Origin: Mobula hypostoma
Lineage: Eukaryota
Reading direction: 5' to 3'
Assembly: GCF_963921235.1 (NCBI RefSeq)
Contig: NC_086097.1
Span: 127,660,001 to 127,724,000, forward strand
Length of the DNA stretch: 64,000 nucleotides
The notes beneath the pieces are model-generated. The model saw only the letters and a list, made by a program, of their open reading frames with translations. It did no database searches and had not been told where the DNA came from. The translations under genes were made by a program, and so were the position numbers. Numbering within the stretch: position 1 is the first letter of the stretch; the number at the start of each line of letters is the position of its first letter. Shown here piece after piece: positions 63,194-64,000 of the stretch.

Positions 63194-63790
63194 TACCATT
63201 GCAGGAAGATAAAAACTAATCAAAAGCATTATTTCAGTGAGGAGAAGTTTGTTTTCACTGTGTCCCTGTTGATATTTATTACTCTGTCCACATTTCTATA
63301 TGAGGTTGATGTTTATGGAAGCTAACTGTGTATTGATCAGCTGTTATTTGCCATAGCATAACAGGAACTACATTAAAAAAATCCAAGACTACTATGGTAT
63401 AGAAAACTATGTTTTAGGCTAAGTGGCTACTGTGTATTAACAGTAGCCTCTGTACTATTGTGAGTCACTCTGTTCTGGAAGACATTGTTGAGACTGCAGC
63501 ACGAATGGACATTTTGTGAATGCTTCTGCAGAAGCAAAAAGTGGAGAGCTGGGATACTATTTGGTATAACTATGAACCATGTAAAGGCAGGTGGATATGG
63601 CTGCAAGGAGGAAGCAAAATCCCAATTATAGCTTCACACAAGCAAAAAAAGTTTAATGATGTCGGCTGGTTACCAAAGATAAGAACTTTATATTAAGACA
63701 TTACATTAGTATTAAATTTATTGATAAATACAAACAAATGAAGACAAATATCCGTTTTCTACATCAAGTGATACATTGCTCCTTGACTCA

Positions 63791-64000
63791 TGTAATGCCC
63801 TGGTTAAGTTTTTTACTGTTAATGTTGTAGGGTATTTCATTTCATAGCTTTCTGTAGAAGCAATGTGTCCTGCTGATGGTGTTTGGGTTTCAGTTAAAGA
63901 TAAAGGGGCTATGATGTTCAATTTAGGAAAGTTGTATCAGCCAATCAGGATGGTAGAATGGGAGAAAGTTCTAGAGAAAGTTGGGTGGAGAGGATTTGTG
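63791..64000 (+). repeat. Possible LTR start, truncated by the window edge
   Basis: Starts tgtaatgccctgg; has a CCAAT box and purine-rich segment near 63940. No second end is visible. Confidence 0.3.

Overview
Eukaryotic, AT-rich, retrotransposon-dense non-coding DNA (intergenic or a large intron). The repeat mix (CR1 LINEs, V-SINE/HE1-like SINEs, Rex1/Babar LINEs, Mag-like Gypsy, Penelope-like palindromes) suggests a cartilaginous fish, probably a ray or shark; this is inference. I found no recognisable intact host gene, RNA gene or CRISPR array. Nearly all ORF-track entries are decayed TE fragments, antisense shadows or tandem-repeat artefacts. Main structures: (1) a decayed Gypsy gag-pol whose 3' part is inverted, with a ~195 bp breakpoint duplication and an R4/Dong-type REL LINE between the arms; (2) a near full-length CR1 interrupted by an L1/Tx1 3' fragment with a 14-bp TSD; (3) a two-LTR, TSD-flanked Gypsy lacking RT and RNase H; (4) two long Rex1/Babar copies; (5) several SINE families, a Tc1 end and minisatellites. 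Speculative leads are a degenerate hammerhead core in a palindromic repeat family, an HDV-like fold candidate in an RTE-derived repeat, and a few phase-compatible minus-strand candidate exons. I see no convincing evidence of a wholly new biological system. Boundaries without a TSD are approximate, and family names come from motif recognition, not database searches.
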